The notes: generated by a model not told the origin, from the letters alone. A stretch of DNA of 64,000 nt from an uncultured virus (IMG/VR IMGVR_UViG_3300005437_000001) (IMGVR_UViG_3300005437_000001), one strand, 5' to 3'; numbered from the stretch's first letter, positions 19,001-28,759 are shown. A program made the numbers and translations.

Positions 19001-19038
19001 GCGACGCTCTGGTACAGGTTGGGCAGGCCTACTCATGA
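16015..19038 (+). CDS. Tape measure protein
   Basis: 1007 aa; Ala/Gln coiled coils, amphipathic repeats, and C-terminal IPLLADGG...VGDRGAE. Confidence 0.92.
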   Translation: MADDGQGFQIATAFIQLVAKDDGLREDIAARIREAAQGQDIQVSLSAKDQGLKEEVTAKVQEAEEGEQLEIPMVFEDADAAEKVKVKLDEIGAESHIEVNLDTGEAELKLDELGVKAAAVKEELKSMGGESDLSGLAASLDGLAVKLESLGGKSDSSSSKLYGVGQSASSAGSAAGQSGGMFSNLSGMMMLGVAAALTLGPALAALPTAFAGLGLGIVAAIGPLKDIVGALTAYGQANAAAGQSAAQSAQTAFSNAVAIQNAEQAIADAKRQAAIAAQNSADSIAAANQQVQQSEQSEMYAAQALAQAKIDAYNQIQDLTNGAADANNSVADAQLGVDQAQQNLTATMANSLSTDLQKRQAQQALIDAEQRLTDAKQHATEATQAADKANQEGVDNFPPVVQAQRAYEQAVLATANAQHQLVIAQRNAQDQMISSAEAIQRAETNLTDTFKQQQLAAAAAAASGAGGANAFQQAMSKLTPTGQEIVRMLIGMEGQFGKLAQNAFLPGVLVFLQDIQGVFPQVVSMVGQAGQAFGSWFGQLGALFQNTSFVNNFMTMLQQGVGFMNTIGGSVISMISLITKAAADAGPIIQATASGIGSVLTGIGELLDGLTVGGQGAAQTISAILGFVGDLLGPLGELVGLVSGALGPALTILRPILDQVVSALLTGLAPILQHLSPILVDVAKLIGDLVHAFMPVVNVVLKLIDVVAAALTPVLDDLMPIFQQIADMIANYLTQNFNELMPAIESIINAVVQLLPMLMPLIQALLNIYSAIEPLVPSIISLASQIVQILVPALEGLIQILMDLVNYLLVPVINAFAWVTKYIVQYVSDAVGGIADALGWIRTHWDDLVRWLESIPGRIGSALAGLWDSIPNAFRAAVDMVINWWDGIRFTVPKIEVAGFTIFGGETFQMPQIPLLADGGTIGRGGMVRVGDRGAEDVLLPAGAEVIPRRHEGGSGGGGGITITNFNLTIEQKGLADFSNPIAMDATARQYAIQVRDALVQVGQAYS

Positions 19039-20303
19039 CACAGTTCGGCGTTATCAATCTCGGCCGTATGAACCTGGTCGAGTACCCGACCCAGGTGGCC
19101 AGCCTGGCCTCCGGGGCGAGCGCCACAAACTCCCCGACCAACCGGACCATGGCCCTGGGCGGCCAGGAGTCGGTGCCGTCGGCCAACACGGTGAACACCA
19201 CCGCCGTGCAGCTGACGGCACTGCAAGAGGACCTGCACGGCCAGGCGGGCTCGTTCGTTCCGGTGCTGTTCTCGGACAAGTCCGAGCTTAATGGGTACTA
19301 CCTGGTGATGGACGCGTCGGCCGACCTGCAGAACTGGGAGCAGGAGTCCGTCACACTGACCTGGAAGGCCGACCTGTCCCGGGTCGGCACGGACTTCGAG
19401 ATCGACATCGAGTCCAGGCTGACCGGCGGCATCCGCAACTCCAGCTTCGCCATATCGGCCAACGGGGTACGCTGGCACAGCCCGGCCATCGGCCACTACG
19501 CGTACTACTCCGCCAGCGGCAACGCGCCGTCCCAGCTGGTCCGCAAGAGCTCGGACGGCAACCAGGTGGTGTACCTGGGGCTGCCCCTGGTCGGCCAGGT
19601 CATTCCGCGCTGGGGATGCGCCGTGACCAACTACCTGTCCGGCCGCACCAGGTTCCTGGACAGCAACGGCATCGAGCGGTCCGGCACCCAGTTCAAGACC
19701 AGCAACGCGTCCTCGTGGACCATCGGCAACGGGTTGCTACAGGTTCAGCCGCTGTCGTCCAGCGGCGTACTCAATGTGTCGTCGTGGGCCTCCGGCTCGT
19801 CCACGTTCCGCCCCAAGAGCTGGGACCTGCAATACAATGGAGCGTCCCTGGGCACCCCCTTGGGCATCAGCCTGCTACGCAATGAGCCCGAGATCCTGGT
19901 GGCCCGGCTGATCTGGTCGTCCGCCGCGTCGGGCCGTGTCACCGTGGATCTGACGCTGCGGCGCGGGTCCCGCTTCCTGGAGCTGTACTACCAGTCCCAG
20001 CTGGCCGGGATTCTGAAGGTGGTCAGGCCCACCGCCGAGGCCGGGTCCAACGGGGGGTCCGGAGCCTACGTGTTCGCCACCTCCAACGACGCGGATGGCA
20101 ACAAGTACGTGGTGGGCAGCGCCCTGACCAACATTCAGGACCTGTCCAACGGCGGCATCTCGGTATCGGCGGCGGTGGCCCTGGACGCCTTCATCGGAGT
20201 CGCCGTGGGCGGTGCGTCGGCCCCCGCCGGAGACGCCCCGGCGGACCTGTGGAACCAGTACATCGCTGCCCCGGCCGAGCTGGTCCAGGGGATCCGCCGA
20301 TGA
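19035..20303 (+). CDS. Minor tail protein
   Basis: 422-aa beta-rich ORF coupled to the tape measure gene. Confidence 0.75.
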   Translation: MTQFGVINLGRMNLVEYPTQVASLASGASATNSPTNRTMALGGQESVPSANTVNTTAVQLTALQEDLHGQAGSFVPVLFSDKSELNGYYLVMDASADLQNWEQESVTLTWKADLSRVGTDFEIDIESRLTGGIRNSSFAISANGVRWHSPAIGHYAYYSASGNAPSQLVRKSSDGNQVVYLGLPLVGQVIPRWGCAVTNYLSGRTRFLDSNGIERSGTQFKTSNASSWTIGNGLLQVQPLSSSGVLNVSSWASGSSTFRPKSWDLQYNGASLGTPLGISLLRNEPEILVARLIWSSAASGRVTVDLTLRRGSRFLELYYQSQLAGILKVVRPTAEAGSNGGSGAYVFATSNDADGNKYVVGSALTNIQDLSNGGISVSAAVALDAFIGVAVGGASAPAGDAPADLWNQYIAAPAELVQGIRR

Positions 20304-20341
20304 CGGTTCAGTCGGACACGCTGGCGGAGGGGGTGGCGTAG

Positions 20342-23218
20342 GTGCCGGTCACACAGACGCTCATGGCGGTCGGCTCGTGGTCGATCAGCCTGAAGCCGGA
20401 CACTCCCCGGTCCATCGTCGACGCGCTGTCCAACGGCTACTTCGGACACCTGGTGGTAGCCACCGGCCGCCAGGACCCGCGCGTCGCGGGAGACTCCCTG
20501 TTCGCCGCCGGACGGTTCACCGGGGTCATGACGGGGGCCAACTTCCAGACCCTGGCCCCGGGCAAGGGACCGGTGATCTCGGGGGACGGCCTGGCCACCT
20601 GGCTGGGTACGCCCAGCGGCGTCGGCCCGGTGATCGAAAACGCCACCCTGTTCACCTCGGCCAACGTCGGCGCCGTGATCGGCACACTGCGCCCGGCGGC
20701 GGTCGGCGCGGGCACGCTGTACTCGCTGCCCGGCAGCGGCCTGTACACGGGAACCTTCGTCTGGAAGACGCCGCGCGACGCGCTGACCTCGTACGCCCAG
20801 CAGGTCAGCACCGGTCCGCTGCCGACACAGACCGTCGAGTGGCGGGTGAATAACAACAACACCCTTGATTTCGGCCCGGTCGCCAGCATGTACGTTACCT
20901 CCCCCAGCACGGCCGTGGTGTCGCGCAGCTGGGGCGTGGACATGAAGGTCAGGGCCCTGCAGGGCACCGGGCAGCTCACCGAGGATGTCAAGGACTTCAC
21001 CTCCAGGCTGGTCGTGCTGGCCCAGGGGAACGGGGCGTCGACGGCGGTAGGCGTGGCCAACCTGGCCGACATCGGCGCCGCCAACCCGTACTACGACTTC
21101 TTCGGCAACCAGGTGTCGATGACCCGCGTGGTCAGCGCGTCCTCCGTGTCCAGTTTCAACGCCACGGCAGCCGCGCAGACGGCGCTGGCCCCGTATTCGG
21201 TGCCGCGCGATCAGATCAAGCTGTCGACACAGGACTACGATATCGATGGTCAGCTGCAGGTGGGCGACTACCTGTGGGTGTACGACCCGGACGCCGGTCT
21301 GATCGATTACGGCAACGAGATCGTGTTCAGGGGCCAGCGAATCAACCCGGTCAAGCTCCGGGCGATTGAGGTCACCTGGCCGGTGGTCGAGGACATGACG
21401 GTCGCGTTCCGCACTCCCAAGACACCGACCAATCCCACGGGCACCTGGATCGACCTGACCGACTACGTGATCTGGGAGACGGGCGACACCACCCTGGTCG
21501 TGGGCGGCTACAACCGCAACCTGGTGCCCACCTCCGAGCCGGTCGGCCCGCGCCCGCAGCCGGACACTACCATCCCGGGTGTACCCGTGTTCGGCGCGTT
21601 CTCCACCAGCAGCTATCTGAGCAGCTCCAACGGGCACACCCGGTCCCAGATCCAGGCGACCTGGTCCACGCCGTCGAACACCGACGGCACCACCATGACG
21701 GACCTGGACCACTACGAGGTCCGGTACCGCCCCGACGTCAACATCACCGGCATCAACCCGACCTGGAACGCGCTCAACTCCGGCGGCTACACCTGGAACT
21801 TTCTGAACACCAGCGGCGGCACCTGGAACCAGCTGCTGTCCCTGCCGACCACCGACTGGAAGGTGACATTCGTAGCCGGTGGCATCAACATCCTGCTGGT
21901 ACAGGAGCTGACGCCCGGCATCACCTACGACTTTCAGATCAGGGCGGCCGACACGGCGCAGCCCCCCAACATCGGGGCATGGTCTCCCACCACCACGTTT
22001 CTGGCGTCGGTCGACACCATACCGCCGCCGACACCGGACCCTCCCACCGTGGCGGCCGGGATGGCGGCGGTCCAGATCTCGTGGGACTGCGGCAGCGCGA
22101 GCGGGGGCGTGTTCAACCAGGCGTCGGACCTGAACCATATCGAGGTACACGGCAACCTGGACCCGCTGTTCGCGCCGACCAACGCCACCAAGCTGGGCAA
22201 CGTTATAGCCAACATCGGCAACATCCTGGGCCAGATCCCGGTGGTCGCCACCCTGACCATCCCGCCCGGCCAGCCACCGGCCCAGAATCTGTTCATCAAG
22301 ATCATCGCGGTCGACAACAGCGGCAACAAGTCCAACCCCAGCGTGTCGGCCGGTGCCACGGCTACGCTGTGGAGCAACGCCTACATCAGTGACCTGAGTG
22401 TCAGCAAGTTGACCGCCGGTACGATCACGGCGTCGGTCATCCTGGGTGCCCAGATCGGGACGGCGTTGTCCGGCCAGCGGGTCGCCATGGACTCCACCGG
22501 GCTGCATGCCTACGACGCCAACGGCAACAAGATCTTCGACGTGAGCAGCTCCACCCCGGTCCTGGTGCTGGGCAAGAACGGCACCTCCGGCTCGTCGATC
22601 ACCCTGGACACGTCCAAGTCCAACCCGGTCATCTCCATGAGCGACGGGGTCAACACCCCGGGCAACATCACCTACGCCGGTAACGCCACCTACGGCAGCG
22701 TGGGCATGGAGGTGAACAGCGGGTCGTACACTCCCACCAACCCGGTGTCCACCAGCTCGAACGCCCAGCTGGCCGTAGTCGGAGACGGCGGCACCACTGC
22801 GCTGCAGATCGTCGATGTCACCACCCGGGTTCCGTACTCGGCGGTCACCGTGGCCAGCGACCAGGTCCGCATGGTGGTCAGCGACCTGCTGGGCAACACG
22901 GTGGGCGCACTGCGGGTCGGCGACGACGGCAACTTCTACGGTACCGGCAACTTTATCGACTTCTTTGCCCTGTCCGGCACCGACCTATGGTTCAGCGGCC
23001 AGACCGGCGGGTTGGCCGGATTCAGCGGTACCGCCATCACCTACGGCGTGACCATGGCCGGAGTCATCCAGCCGGTCCCGGGGGTATTGGACACCACGGG
23101 CGGCACGGCCACCCGGGGGTGCTACCTGAGCGCTTCGTCCAGTACCGGATTCACGATATCCTGGGGAACCACGACGGTCAGCCGGTGCCAGTGGTGGGCG
23201 CCCAGGTGGGGCAACTAG
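20342..23218 (+). CDS. Minor tail / baseplate hub protein with fibronectin-III domains
   Basis: W..P...Y.VRYR...LTPG.TY.FQIRA.D FN3 pattern; ISDLSVSKLTAGTI fibre repeat. Confidence 0.8.
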   Translation: MPVTQTLMAVGSWSISLKPDTPRSIVDALSNGYFGHLVVATGRQDPRVAGDSLFAAGRFTGVMTGANFQTLAPGKGPVISGDGLATWLGTPSGVGPVIENATLFTSANVGAVIGTLRPAAVGAGTLYSLPGSGLYTGTFVWKTPRDALTSYAQQVSTGPLPTQTVEWRVNNNNTLDFGPVASMYVTSPSTAVVSRSWGVDMKVRALQGTGQLTEDVKDFTSRLVVLAQGNGASTAVGVANLADIGAANPYYDFFGNQVSMTRVVSASSVSSFNATAAAQTALAPYSVPRDQIKLSTQDYDIDGQLQVGDYLWVYDPDAGLIDYGNEIVFRGQRINPVKLRAIEVTWPVVEDMTVAFRTPKTPTNPTGTWIDLTDYVIWETGDTTLVVGGYNRNLVPTSEPVGPRPQPDTTIPGVPVFGAFSTSSYLSSSNGHTRSQIQATWSTPSNTDGTTMTDLDHYEVRYRPDVNITGINPTWNALNSGGYTWNFLNTSGGTWNQLLSLPTTDWKVTFVAGGINILLVQELTPGITYDFQIRAADTAQPPNIGAWSPTTTFLASVDTIPPPTPDPPTVAAGMAAVQISWDCGSASGGVFNQASDLNHIEVHGNLDPLFAPTNATKLGNVIANIGNILGQIPVVATLTIPPGQPPAQNLFIKIIAVDNSGNKSNPSVSAGATATLWSNAYISDLSVSKLTAGTITASVILGAQIGTALSGQRVAMDSTGLHAYDANGNKIFDVSSSTPVLVLGKNGTSGSSITLDTSKSNPVISMSDGVNTPGNITYAGNATYGSVGMEVNSGSYTPTNPVSTSSNAQLAVVGDGGTTALQIVDVTTRVPYSAVTVASDQVRMVVSDLLGNTVGALRVGDDGNFYGTGNFIDFFALSGTDLWFSGQTGGLAGFSGTAITYGVTMAGVIQPVPGVLDTTGGTATRGCYLSASSSTGFTISWGTTTVSRCQWWAPRWGN

Positions 23219-23225
23219 GAGAGCC

Positions 23226-23687
23226 ATGAATGACAAGACCATGGTCCTGATCCAGGACGTACAGCACGACCCGGTGTCGCGCTGCTGGAGGATCGCCCAG
23301 CTGATCACCGCGCCGGACGGCGCCTCTCACCGGATCCTGCACCAGATCCCGGACTACGCTGCCGTCAACCGGGCGGCCGAGTACGATCTCGACCCCCAGG
23401 ACAGCAGGCTGCTGATCGACTGGATGCTGCACGAGCGGTTCGCCCCGCAGGACGACCAATCCCTGCTGTGCCCGTACCTGAATCATCCAGGGGTGGCGTG
23501 GGACCGCCACCGGTCCAGGCTGGTGGAGATCAAGTCACGCATAGAGATCGCCGACCCCGGCGGGCACCTGGAGCGGATCCACTCGGTCCACCGGCCCGGC
23601 CAGGCGGAGATCCTGGCCGCCCGGTCTCGGGTCGCCGCCGTACGCGCCCAGGTGGCCCACGTCGCCGGAAGGACAGGATCCAGGTGA
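23226..23687 (+). CDS. Hypothetical tail-region protein
   Basis: AGGAG RBS; coupled to the next gene. Confidence 0.65.
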   Translation: MNDKTMVLIQDVQHDPVSRCWRIAQLITAPDGASHRILHQIPDYAAVNRAAEYDLDPQDSRLLIDWMLHERFAPQDDQSLLCPYLNHPGVAWDRHRSRLVEIKSRIEIADPGGHLERIHSVHRPGQAEILAARSRVAAVRAQVAHVAGRTGSR

Positions 23688-24790
23688 GCGACTCTCTCAG
23701 CCCCAATATCGGCCTGCTGATCGCGGACCCGAACGATGTGGTCACCTACACCACCCACATCGGCAACAACTTTACCCGGACAGACACCTTCCTGGGCATG
23801 GTCGACTGCCTTTCCACCTCCCGGCCCACCACCACGTTCAAGGGTCAGGGAATTTACGAGGAGGACAGCAAGCGCTACGCCCAGAACCTGGGCACCAGCG
23901 CCTCCCCCAACTGGGTCTACATGAGCCACCAGGCCATGACCGGTACGGCCGCCTCCCGGCCCACCTCCGGGTTGACGGCCGGTGAGCTAATGTACGAGAC
24001 CGACACCCACATCACTCGGTCCCGGGGCGCGGCGGCCTGGAACCCGGTACTGGCCACCTTCTCGTCCGGGTCGCTGCCCGCCAGTGCCACCTCCCTTCAG
24101 GGCGACTTCGCGTACGCCAGCGACAAGCAGGCCACGGCTGCGTTCAACGGCACCAGCTGGTTCTACACCAGCCCCGTCATCTGCACCAGCAGCACCCACC
24201 CGTCGTCCAACGTGCAGGACGGCACCCAGATATTCGAGACCGACACCAACCTGTTCGCCAACAGCAACGGGGCAGGCGGCTGGCTGTACCCGGTCCAGCA
24301 GGCCGCCCTGACCCAGGTCCTGGGGTCCACCACGGCCTCGGTGACCTTCTCGGGCCTCCCCGCCGTGTCTCGAATAATGCTGGCCTGGCGAGTCCGCTCC
24401 AGCGCGTCTGGTGGTGTGTTCGTCCAGATGCAGATCGACGGCAACACCGGCAGCGTGTACCTGTGGAATAAGAACTCCGCGTCCGCCGGTACGGCGTCGA
24501 ACGCGCACTCCGGCGCCCTGGTCACCGCCATCAACATCGGAGTATCAGACGGCAACACGGCCAGCTACTTCGGCAACGGATACACCGTCATCGACGGATG
24601 GGGCAGCGCCACCGGATTCGCGTCCTGCTGCGGGTCGTTCACCAACTTCGCCACCACGACGGCCGACGATATCGGTAACGCCGGAGGCCTGTACACCGGG
24701 GCGGTCGGCCCGCACACCTCTGTCAAGATGTTCCTGTCGGCCAACTCCTTCGTATCCGGCTCCCAGTTCAGCGTGTACGTCATCCCCTGA
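23684..24790 (+). CDS. Minor tail / fibre protein
   Basis: Repeated S.RP...G...YETDT units; C-terminal GSQFSVY beta domain. Confidence 0.75.
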   Translation: MSDSLSPNIGLLIADPNDVVTYTTHIGNNFTRTDTFLGMVDCLSTSRPTTTFKGQGIYEEDSKRYAQNLGTSASPNWVYMSHQAMTGTAASRPTSGLTAGELMYETDTHITRSRGAAAWNPVLATFSSGSLPASATSLQGDFAYASDKQATAAFNGTSWFYTSPVICTSSTHPSSNVQDGTQIFETDTNLFANSNGAGGWLYPVQQAALTQVLGSTTASVTFSGLPAVSRIMLAWRVRSSASGGVFVQMQIDGNTGSVYLWNKNSASAGTASNAHSGALVTAINIGVSDGNTASYFGNGYTVIDGWGSATGFASCCGSFTNFATTTADDIGNAGGLYTGAVGPHTSVKMFLSANSFVSGSQFSVYVIP

Positions 24791-24804
24791 GGTAGAATAC
24801 CCCT

Positions 24805-25038
24805 ATGGCGAGAAACGAAGAGGATCGACCGGTCCACCTGGTTATCGACGTGTCCAAGAACACCAGCACCGAGGTGCCGGTGACCGACGAGGAGTGGGAC
24901 GAGTTGGAGCGGGCCGGGCAGGAGAACCTGGCCGCCCAACAGGCGGCTGCGGCCGACGACGACGCCCTGCGCGCGGCGGTCCAGGGTCACCCCGACCCGG
25001 TGGTGCAGGCCCTGGCCAGGCGGGCGGGCCTGGTATGA
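24805..25038 (+). CDS. Small tail-associated protein
   Basis: VIDVS...EVPVTDEE pattern. Confidence 0.6.
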   Translation: MARNEEDRPVHLVIDVSKNTSTEVPVTDEEWDELERAGQENLAAQQAAAADDDALRAAVQGHPDPVVQALARRAGLV

Positions 25039-25223
25039 GTGTATTGACAGCCAACGCCGACGAGGTGTGCCGCCGGTATGAGGCGCAGATATCCTCCCTG
25101 AACCGGCAGGTGACCATCCAGGAGGTGGTCATCGAGGAGCTGCGCGAGGAGAACGCCCGCCTGCGCGGTCAGCTGGCCCTGCCGTCGGCGGCGCCGCCCG
25201 AGCCCCCGACGGCCACCCCCTGA
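25035..25223 (+). CDS. Small coiled-coil protein
   Basis: ATGA-coupled; IEELREENARL. Confidence 0.55.
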   Translation: MSVLTANADEVCRRYEAQISSLNRQVTIQEVVIEELREENARLRGQLALPSAAPPEPPTATP

Positions 25224-25274
25224 CACGAACCGGCCCGGTCTTCCCCCACGCCGAGGACCAGGCCGGTTCGTGTC
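25222..25274. terminator. Bidirectional terminator hairpin
   Basis: GACACGAACCGGCC...GGCCGGTTCGTGTC inverted repeat between convergent genes. Confidence 0.75.
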
Positions 25275-25281
25275 TCAGTAT

Positions 25282-25542
25282 TCAGTCGGAACCGGTGGGG
25301 GTGGCGGCGGGCGCCGCGAACATGGCGGCCTTCATGGCCTCCATCTGGGCGCGCAGCTCGGCGTTGTCCCGGGTCAACGCGTCCAATGCCGCTTCCAGGG
25401 TGGCGTTCTCGTACACCAGGGTACTGACCAGTTTGGAATTCTTCTGCTGGAGCAGCTCGGCCACCACGCCGGGGTCCAGCTGGACCTGCAGGGGCTGCGG
25501 TTGCTCCGCCTGGGTCGGCTTGGTTTCAGTCTCGGTCGTCAC
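25282..25542 (-). CDS. Small coiled-coil protein
   Basis: AAGGAG RBS; last gene of the reverse cassette. Confidence 0.65.
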   Translation of the reverse strand: MTTETETKPTQAEQPQPLQVQLDPGVVAELLQQKNSKLVSTLVYENATLEAALDALTRDNAELRAQMEAMKAAMFAAPAATPTGSD

Positions 25543-26399
25543 GAGGTCTGCTCCTTGGCGATGCGTCGGTACCTGTCGAGGATGTCGGTCTTGTGCACCT
25601 CGTCACGCTGCGGACTGAAGGTGTAGTGTGATACCAGGGCGTCGCCGACGATGTTGTTGATCTTGCCGACGATGGCGGGCCGGTGGACCGTGATCCAGTG
25701 CTCCTCCTCCGGGAAGTCGAGCACCCCTGGTGTCGGCAGGGTCATGAAGTCCTGGCCGTCGATCACGTGGCACGACACGCTGAACTGCTGGCGCGGCGCG
25801 AGCGGGTAGTCCTGATACAAGTAGGCTTTCTCCGGTTCGCCGTCCTCGATCCACCCTAGCAGCAGGTTGTGGATCTTGACGGCGAACAGGCCGTCGGCCC
25901 AGCCGACCGGGTCCATGCAGAACGGCTGCTGGACGATGCCGTACTCCTTGGGGATCACGCCCGCCTGCTGCATGTACCAGCTGACGATGGCATTGTTCCA
26001 CATCAGGGCGAAGCTGGCCAGGGTGCCCGGCTGCAGCAGCTTGGACCGCACCGTGTTCTCGACAGCGTCCTGGTGCACGTACACGATGTCGTCATCGAAC
26101 CGGAAGAACACCGCGTCCGGATCGGTCATGTACCGGTAGGCGTACCCGGTGTTGCGCTGCTTGGGACGCTGGCGCGGCAGTCCCGCCGGACGCTCCAGGA
26201 TCCGTATCCACTTGTGGGTCTGGGCCAGCCGGTACGCGTAGACCAGGTCGGACACCTGGCCGTCGTCCGTGTTCAGGTACAGCCACCACTCGTCGACCAG
26301 GCCGCGCTCATGGTCTCGGCGCAGGTACTCCAGCAGGATCGACACCGTGGTCTCCCGCCCGTACGGAGTCCAGGCGACGACCTTCTTGCCACCGATCAC
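25539..26399 (-). CDS. Glycosyltransferase, GT-A fold
   Basis: N-terminal TPYGR and FRFDDDIVY (DxD) motif. Confidence 0.75.
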   Translation of the reverse strand: MIGGKKVVAWTPYGRETTVSILLEYLRRDHERGLVDEWWLYLNTDDGQVSDLVYAYRLAQTHKWIRILERPAGLPRQRPKQRNTGYAYRYMTDPDAVFFRFDDDIVYVHQDAVENTVRSKLLQPGTLASFALMWNNAIVSWYMQQAGVIPKEYGIVQQPFCMDPVGWADGLFAVKIHNLLLGWIEDGEPEKAYLYQDYPLAPRQQFSVSCHVIDGQDFMTLPTPGVLDFPEEEHWITVHRPAIVGKINNIVGDALVSHYTFSPQRDEVHKTDILDRYRRIAKEQTS

Positions 26400-27394
26400 A
26401 GTGTGAACCCCTTGATTCTACCGAACAGTACGGACTCCCACAGGTGGGCGTACTTCTCGACGGTGTGTTCGGCCGCCTGCTGGCGGGCCGCCTCGCCCAT
26501 CTCCTCGCGCATGTCCGCGTCCGAGATCAGCATTCTGATATACTCGTGCCAGTCGGCTTCGGTCCTGGCGATGAACCCTGTGACCCCGTGCCGGACGAAC
26601 TGCACATAAGGGTCCGTATCTGAACAGATGATCGGGATTCCCAGGAACGCGGCCTCCAGGGCCTTGGTGGGGAACTTGGCGCCGTTGTACACGGTGTGCC
26701 GGTACGGCGCCACCCACACGTCGAACTCGATGGCCTCCAGGTACCGTTCGGTCTGCACCCACGACGTATGGCGCATGCCGGGTACGGTCAGCCGGGACCG
26801 GCGCATGTGCGCGTAAGGTATGCCGACCGTCTGCGCCACCCCCCCGTATTCCGATACCCTACTGAACGCGGACCACGCGATCGGCAGTTCGGGCAGGGTC
26901 GAGGACGATCCGACCCAGCCGACGACAGGCTTGGGGTTATCCGGACGGGGGCGCGACAGCAGCGATTCGGGCAGCCCGTTCGGGATGACCACCACACGGC
27001 TGCTGACCGAGCGGAACAGCTCGGCCAGCCGCTCGGTGGCCACGGTCACCACGCTGGCCGTGTAAGAGTTGCCCATCAGCCGGGCTCGCACGGTCCGGCG
27101 TGCGTACTCCTGGTAGGCCAGATAGTTGGACGGATCCATGTGGAAGTAGTCGTCGTCCGCGTCGAACACCGTGCGCCGCCGCTGGTCGAAACACCAGCGG
27201 GCCCACTGGGTCGTCGCTCCGTGGTTGTGCACCCGCTGGCCGACGACAGGCAGCGTGTCGTCGGCCAACTGCTCGTCGGTCATCTCCATGGACACCGAGA
27301 TCTCGTGCCCCCGGTCGCGCAGGGCCTGCGCGGGCAGCTGGCACCTGTACCAGGCGCAGCCTCCCTCGTCGGCGGCCCAGAAGAAGGCCTTCAC
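26396..27394 (-). CDS. Glycosyltransferase, GT-B fold (GT4-like)
   Basis: GCAWYR, VFDADDD, VVIPNG, VGWVGS, KALEAAFLGIPIICSD and HGVTGF. Confidence 0.88.
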   Translation of the reverse strand: MKAFFWAADEGGCAWYRCQLPAQALRDRGHEISVSMEMTDEQLADDTLPVVGQRVHNHGATTQWARWCFDQRRRTVFDADDDYFHMDPSNYLAYQEYARRTVRARLMGNSYTASVVTVATERLAELFRSVSSRVVVIPNGLPESLLSRPRPDNPKPVVGWVGSSSTLPELPIAWSAFSRVSEYGGVAQTVGIPYAHMRRSRLTVPGMRHTSWVQTERYLEAIEFDVWVAPYRHTVYNGAKFPTKALEAAFLGIPIICSDTDPYVQFVRHGVTGFIARTEADWHEYIRMLISDADMREEMGEAARQQAAEHTVEKYAHLWESVLFGRIKGFTL

Positions 27395-28395
27395 CGGGTC
27401 TTCAGCTCCCGCAGGTACTCGGGCAGCCAGTTGTCCGCGTACCACTTGGCCGTGTCGGCGATGCCGGTCTCCAGGGGGATCAGCTCCGCCGAGTCCATGC
27501 CGATAAGGTGCAAGGTGCTGTTGTCGGCGGTCACCCGGGCGTTCGGCGTCTCCCCCGGACGCATCGGCAGGTTGACGATCGCCGGTTCCGGCTGGGAGAA
27601 TCCCAGGTCCGTGGCCGCCCGCTGGACCTGCTGCGCCACGTACCGCACGGCCGTGTGATCGGACGGGCCGATCTCGACCACCTCGGGCACCACCCCGCCC
27701 GACGCCGCGTGCTCCAGCGACTTGACCAGCGCCCTGGCCACGTCGGCGACGTGGACGCAGTCGGACACCTGCATCCCATCGCCATAGACCTCAATCGGGG
27801 ACCCGGTCAGGGATCGTCCGATGAACGCGGGCATGATCTTGCGGACCTTGCCCGGACCGTACGGCGCCGCCATCAGCTGGCGCGGCCCGTAGGCGTTGAC
27901 CACCCGCACCTGGTTGATCCTGGTGCCCCGGTCGCGCCGGTACATGTGTCCGAGCGACTCGACACACGTCTTGGACGCCGAGTAGGGGTTGGACATTCCG
28001 GCGTTGCCGACGCAGATATTGACCATCGGAAGCCGGTACTGGGTCGCCGCCTCCATCACGTTCATCCCGGCGACCACGTTGGTCATCACGGCCGGACGCG
28101 GGTTGAACACGGTCTCCTGGGTCCCCAGGACGCTGGCCAGGTGGATGACGCCCTCGACGTGGGCCGCCAGCTCGACCACGGCCGTCTCATCCCGCGCGTC
28201 GCCCAACATGACGGGCACCATCAGGTTCTCATTGTGGTGGATCTTCATCCACTTCCTGCCGGAGGGATCGCCGCCGACGGACATGAAGCTGCGGGCTCGG
28301 TGGTCGAAGATGACCGGCTCGTGTCCCCGCCGGATCAGCTCGTCGACCACGTGGCCGCCGATGAAACCGGCACCGCCGGTAACGCCCACCTTCAT
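27391..28395 (-). CDS. NAD-dependent nucleotide-sugar epimerase/dehydratase
   Basis: TGGAGFIG, HLA, YSASK (YxxxK), NAYGPRQ and VYGDG.Q..D..HV.D. Confidence 0.92.
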   Translation of the reverse strand: MKVGVTGGAGFIGGHVVDELIRRGHEPVIFDHRARSFMSVGGDPSGRKWMKIHHNENLMVPVMLGDARDETAVVELAAHVEGVIHLASVLGTQETVFNPRPAVMTNVVAGMNVMEAATQYRLPMVNICVGNAGMSNPYSASKTCVESLGHMYRRDRGTRINQVRVVNAYGPRQLMAAPYGPGKVRKIMPAFIGRSLTGSPIEVYGDGMQVSDCVHVADVARALVKSLEHAASGGVVPEVVEIGPSDHTAVRYVAQQVQRAATDLGFSQPEPAIVNLPMRPGETPNARVTADNSTLHLIGMDSAELIPLETGIADTAKWYADNWLPEYLRELKTR

Positions 28396-28486
28396 TGGGA
28401 CTCCAATTCGTCAGAACCTCGGACTGCGGCAAGCCTAGCATGTCCGGTCATCCGTCTACTACTGATCCGATGATACAATGCCGGAC

Positions 28487-28759
28487 ATGGCAGCCATCGA
28501 GTTCAGTGATCCGCCCGTACAGAGCCGGGCGAACTCCTTGACGACCGAGGACCCCACCAAGAACTCTGAGCGGGACGACCTGATCGAGGCGCTGCGCCAG
28601 CATCCCGGACGCTGGGCCGTCGTCAGCAGGCACACCAGCCGTCCGGCCGCGTCCAAGGTCGCCCGCATGCTCCGGCTCAAACATGCCGACTTCAGTTTTC
28701 AGGCGGCTCGGAGCGAGGATGGAGGGGTGGTGCACGCCCGGTTCGACGGCGTCCGATGA
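28487..28759 (+). CDS. Hypothetical (possible DNA-binding) protein, probably leaderless
   Basis: LRQHPGRWAVV motif; TACAAT lies 7 nt upstream of ATG 28487. Confidence 0.6.
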   Translation: MAAIEFSDPPVQSRANSLTTEDPTKNSERDDLIEALRQHPGRWAVVSRHTSRPAASKVARMLRLKHADFSFQAARSEDGGVVHARFDGVR

